DNA of 10,361 nucleotides from an uncultured bacterium (GTDB lineage: Bacteria; JAJVIF01; JAPKYR01). Both the position numbers and the translations under genes were made by a program. Shown in pieces: positions 7,074-10,361 of the stretch. Below the pieces are notes generated by a model that worked only from the letters and a program-made list of their open reading frames with translations, was not told where the DNA came from and made no database searches. The stretch is from contig CBDURU010000122.1 of NCBI GenBank assembly GCA_965369865.1, forward strand, positions 1 through 10,361, in the 5' to 3' direction. How positions within the stretch are numbered: position 1 is the stretch's first letter; every line of letters starts with the position of its first letter.

Positions 7074-7593
7074 ACTGACAAAGAAATTCCGTCCGCACGG
7101 GCATCTTGGAGCCGACAGCACGAAAATCTCCGCCGAAAGAAAGGTCCTGATGGACCATTTCGGACGGTATTTCCATTTCGTCCAGCGACTCGGCGGACTC
7201 CCGGTCCTGTACTTCATCATCGGGGCAATTGAAGGCCGTCCGATGGGCTGGGCTACGGTATTCATCTATGGTTTAACCGCCGCGTTCTACGCTTTCTTTT
7301 TTCATTTAGCCGCTACATCAGTTTTCGCCGCGAAAGCAAAAATCGGATGCAATGAATGCCCGAAAAAAACATTCGGTTATTTTTGGTCCGGCATTTTTGT
7401 CGTGAGAGTGGTTATCTTTCATCTGGCAATGCTCTCGAGCCTGATCTGGTTGAGTGTCTACTGGTTCCTGGCTTCGGGGTTCATAATATATATCATTGAT
7501 AACATTGTTACATTAATTTCATGCGGGAATTACATTTTAGAAACGGGAAGTAAAGATGGGAAGGGAAAAAAATCCGGAAAATCCGGAGGGTAA
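7063..7593 (+). CDS. Uncharacterised ~4-TM membrane protein with CxxC loop
   Basis: About four hydrophobic segments, loop KIGCNECPKK, Lys/Gly-rich tail. Start is either GTG 7063 (overlapping thiS) or ATG 7150. Ends 5 nt before thiG and carries the GGAGG SD of thiG. Confidence 0.8.
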   Translation: MAARLTKKFRPHGHLGADSTKISAERKVLMDHFGRYFHFVQRLGGLPVLYFIIGAIEGRPMGWATVFIYGLTAAFYAFFFHLAATSVFAAKAKIGCNECPKKTFGYFWSGIFVVRVVIFHLAMLSSLIWLSVYWFLASGFIIYIIDNIVTLISCGNYILETGSKDGKGKKSGKSGG

Positions 7594-7598
7594 AAAAA

Positions 7599-8369
7599 AT
7601 GACTATCAACGATCCGTTAGTAATCGCCGGTAAGGAATTTTCATCGAGGCTGATAATCGGAACCGGAAAGTATTCCGATAACGACATCATGCAGAAAGCG
7701 CATGCGGCCTCAGGCGCCGAAATTATCACTGTCGCGCTGGGGCGAGTAAAGTTCGATGATCCAAACGATTTTTTCAAGCACATCGATTTCAGCAGATACA
7801 CCCTGCTGCCGAACACAGCGGGCGCGTACACGGTGGAGGATGCCCTGAGAATCGCGAGAATGGCGCGTGCCGCCTGCAACACAGACTGGATCAAGCTCGA
7901 GGTGCTTGGCGATCCCGAGACGCTTTTACCGGATGTCGGGGGAACTCTCGAAGCCGCGAAAATCCTTATTGATGAGGGATTTACGGTGCTTCCGTACACG
8001 AACGATGATCCGATTGTCGCCCGGAAGCTTGAGGAGCTTGGGTGTGCGACAATTATGCCGCTGGCGAGTTATATAGGTTCAGGCCACGGATTCCTTGATT
8101 TTTCAGGAATAAAGATCATCGTTGAGCGGGCCAATATCCCTGTTGTCGTGGATGCCGGACTCGGTGTTCCATCCGACGCGGCTATGGCTCTCGAACTTGG
8201 AGCGGACGCGGTCCTTTTGAATACCGCGGTCGCCGTTGCGAAGGACCCTGAAAAAATGGCCCAAGGATTCAAGCTTGGCGTCCAGGCGGGACGTCTTGGG
8301 TACCTTGCCGGCAGAATGGAGAAAAAGGTTTACGGCTCGGTATCATCGGTCGGTGCAGGTTTAACATAG
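7599..8369 (+). CDS. thiG: Thiazole synthase ThiG
   Basis: SRLIIGTGKY, LLPNTAG, DWIKLEV (Schiff-base Lys), MPL...IGSG.G, VDAGLG.PSDA motifs. GGAGG SD. Confidence 0.97.
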   Translation: MTINDPLVIAGKEFSSRLIIGTGKYSDNDIMQKAHAASGAEIITVALGRVKFDDPNDFFKHIDFSRYTLLPNTAGAYTVEDALRIARMARAACNTDWIKLEVLGDPETLLPDVGGTLEAAKILIDEGFTVLPYTNDDPIVARKLEELGCATIMPLASYIGSGHGFLDFSGIKIIVERANIPVVVDAGLGVPSDAAMALELGADAVLLNTAVAVAKDPEKMAQGFKLGVQAGRLGYLAGRMEKKVYGSVSSVGAGLT

Positions 8370-8418
8370 CCAGCACGAACCCGTGGCATGCGACTCCGGC
8401 GCATGGAAAAAATCGCTG

Positions 8419-8437
8419 CATGTGCATCTTGCACATG
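8419..8437. other. Perfect 8-bp inverted repeat between the convergent thiG and orphan ORF
   Basis: CATGTGCA-TCT-TGCACATG, directly beyond the stop of the minus-strand ORF. Only TTT follows on +, so it is at best a weak terminator. Confidence 0.45.
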
Positions 8438-8439
8438 TT

Positions 8440-8841
8440 TCATCCGGACCGGCGGGCGCATGTCTCGACCGGCCGACGTTTCACGGGCGCGTGATTGTTT
8501 TTCTGAAGCCGAATCCGTACAAGCGTGAACTCACTCACATTCTGCTTCAGGCAGACATCTTCGCACTCGAGAAGCATCCGTGCGACATGGGGAAATCCCC
8601 ACTCCTTGCCGAGGAGCTTGACGCACAATGATTTGCTGAATTCCTTCTTCGTGAGTAATAGATTAATACCGATAAGAAGGATCGAGAGCGGAACGCTGAT
8701 ATCACGACTTTCGAGCCGGAACCGGAGTTTGACGCAGTCGTGAAACATGAGCGTAAATGGTTTTTTCTGGAAAACCGTCTCGAGTTCTCGTCCATGAAAC
8801 GAGTCGAGATGTTCAATAAAGTTTTTAACGAGTAGAGTCAT
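8440..8841 (-). CDS. Hypothetical protein (133 aa)
   Basis: Longest ORF in the thiG-thiC gap. ATG with GGTGA SD 6 nt upstream, preceded by the ECF-like motif. No family recognised. Confidence 0.6.
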   Translation of the reverse strand: MTLLVKNFIEHLDSFHGRELETVFQKKPFTLMFHDCVKLRFRLESRDISVPLSILLIGINLLLTKKEFSKSLCVKLLGKEWGFPHVARMLLECEDVCLKQNVSEFTLVRIRLQKNNHAPVKRRPVETCARRSG

Positions 8842-8858
8842 GAAGCTTCACCGTATGT

Positions 8859-8887
8859 CTAACGTACGGGAAGAGCAAAACCTGACA
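8859..8887 (-). promoter_or_regulatory. Repeated motif copy 2, putative ECF-sigma promoter (TGTCAGG-N16-CGTT)
   Basis: TGTCAGG (8887-8881), 16 nt, CGTT (8864-8861), then 19 nt including an SD to the ATG at 8841. 24/29 identical to 2432-2460. Confidence 0.6.
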
Positions 8888-8918
8888 TAAATCTCAGTAA
8901 AAAATCGAGAAAATCGAC

Positions 8919-10298
8919 ATGAACCGACATGATTCCATAAAACAACATTTATCAAACGCTGGTGGACGGCCTCCGACACAGCTTCGTTTCGCGAAAGACG
9001 GCATTATCACACCCGAAATGAAGTACGCCGCCGAAAAGGAAGGTCTCGATCCTGAAATTGTCAGGGGGGAAATCGCATCGGGACGGATGATCATCCCTGT
9101 AAGCCTCAGGCATCCCGAAGCCCTTCCATTTCTGATCGGACGGAAAGCCACGTGCAAGGTCAACGCGAATATCGGGTCATCGGAAATTCTCGCTGATATC
9201 CACTACGAGATTCGGAAGCTTGAAAACGCGATTAAATACGGCGCCGATACGGTAATGGATTTATCGACCGGTGGGGATATTCCGGCGATCAGAAACGCGA
9301 TTCTCCGGAAATCGACAGTCCCGATCGGTACGGTGCCGATTTACGAGGTAATCTCAAGAGTCAGCGATCCAGGGGAAATTACTCCCGACCTGCTGCTCGA
9401 AGTCGTCGAGGAGCAGGCGGAGCAGGGTGTCGATTATATGACCGTCCACGCGAGCATCCTCCTCGAACACATGCCGCTCATCAAAAAACGGCTTACAGGG
9501 ATTGTCAGCAGGGGGGGCAGTTTGATCGCGTGCTGGATGATCGAACATGGAAAAGAAAACCCGTTTTATACACATTACGATGAAATTCTCAAAATTTGCC
9601 AGAAGTACGATGTATCTCTGAGCCTGGGAGATGCTTTACGTCCCGGATCGCTTCATGATTCATCCGATGAAGCGCAGTTTGCTGAGCTGATAGTACATGG
9701 CGAACTGGGTCGGAGAGCGAGAGAAGCCAATGTGCAGGTGATGATCGAGGGTCCTGGCCATATCCCGCTCCATGAAATTGAAATGAATATGAAAAAAGAG
9801 CAGGAAATTTGCGATGACGCTCCGTTTTATGTGCTGGGTCCGGTGGTTACGGATATCGCACCCGGGTACGATCACATTACGTCGGCTATTGGTGGAACCC
9901 TGGCCGCGTATCATGGCGCTGCGATGCTTTGCTATGTCACACCGAAAGAGCATCTTGGCCTTCCTGATGAAGAAGACGTGAGGGTAGGGGTGGTATCCGC
10001 GAAAATCGCCGCGCATGCTGCCGATGTGGCTCTTGGAAAGCCGGGTGCGAGAGATATAGACGATGAAATGAGTAAAGCGAGATTCAATTTCGACTGGGAG
10101 AAACAGTTCGAACTCGCGCTCGATGGAGACCGTGCCCGCGAGATGCACGATGAAACCCTCCCCGGTGACACACATAAGAAGTCGGAGTATTGTTCGATGT
10201 GTGGAGAAAAATTCTGCGCGATGCGGATATCGAGATCGATTGAGAGTTGGGGTGCCGAGGAAGATATTGAGAAAGTTGTTACAGACCCCCCCCTATAA
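8919..10298 (+). CDS. thiC: Phosphomethylpyrimidine synthase ThiC
   Basis: [77 protein letters not shown] and C-terminal CSMCGEKFC (CX2CX4C). Confidence 0.98.
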   Translation: MNRHDSIKQHLSNAGGRPPTQLRFAKDGIITPEMKYAAEKEGLDPEIVRGEIASGRMIIPVSLRHPEALPFLIGRKATCKVNANIGSSEILADIHYEIRKLENAIKYGADTVMDLSTGGDIPAIRNAILRKSTVPIGTVPIYEVISRVSDPGEITPDLLLEVVEEQAEQGVDYMTVHASILLEHMPLIKKRLTGIVSRGGSLIACWMIEHGKENPFYTHYDEILKICQKYDVSLSLGDALRPGSLHDSSDEAQFAELIVHGELGRRAREANVQVMIEGPGHIPLHEIEMNMKKEQEICDDAPFYVLGPVVTDIAPGYDHITSAIGGTLAAYHGAAMLCYVTPKEHLGLPDEEDVRVGVVSAKIAAHAADVALGKPGARDIDDEMSKARFNFDWEKQFELALDGDRAREMHDETLPGDTHKKSEYCSMCGEKFCAMRISRSIESWGAEEDIEKVVTDPPL

Positions 10299-10321
10299 TC
10301 CCCCCTGTGGGGGGATGGTGT
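10286..10321. repeat. Small dispersed hairpin repeat, copy 2 (C8-TATAAT-C6-TGT-G6-ATGGTGT)
   Basis: 33/36 identical to 56-91. Overlaps the last thiC codons and supplies the TAA stop at 10296-10298. Confidence 0.85.
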
Positions 10322-10361
10322 GGAGGAAAATTCTGCGCGATGCGGATATCGAAGTCGATTG
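10318..10361 (+). repeat. Diverged direct duplicate of thiC 3' segment 10199-10242 (runs off the window edge)
   Basis: 41/44 identity at an offset of 119 nt. Translates as [14 protein letters not shown] versus [14 protein letters not shown] in thiC. Confidence 0.9.

Noticed and set aside
56..10321. Whole window as a mobile element bounded by the 36-nt direct repeats
   Set aside because: The cargo is housekeeping, there is no recombinase, and a dispersed repeat family explains the two copies more simply.
10199..10361. DGR template/variable repeat or CRISPR interpretation of the thiC duplicate
   Set aside because: There are only two copies, the mismatches are not confined to adenines of one copy, and no reverse transcriptase or cas genes are present in the window.

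Overview
This is a bacterial chromosomal window with mostly housekeeping genes. In order: comM/YifB AAA+ ATPase (-), an RRM RNA-binding protein and a small hypothetical protein (+), a large GT-C-like polytopic membrane protein (-) preceded by an unannotated 47-aa single-TM ORF, and a divergent MBL/beta-CASP nuclease (+). A strong sigma70 promoter and a TPP riboswitch then lead into thiS, an uncharacterised ~4-TM CxxC protein and thiG. An opposite-strand orphan ORF and thiC follow. Structure not explained by the genes: (i) a 29-nt motif present twice (2432-2460, 8859-8887) that reads TGTCAGG-N16-CGTT on the minus strand, resembling an ECF sigma promoter, with both copies pointing antisense into + strand genes; (ii) a 36-nt C8-N6-C6-N3-G6 hairpin repeat at both window ends, one copy supplying the thiC stop codon; (iii) a 44-nt diverged duplicate of the thiC Fe-S-motif region right after that repeat; (iv) back-to-back promoters implying leaderless or near-leaderless mRNAs. 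No transposase, integrase, CRISPR, tRNA or rRNA was seen. All calls are from reading the sequence by eye; no database searches were run.
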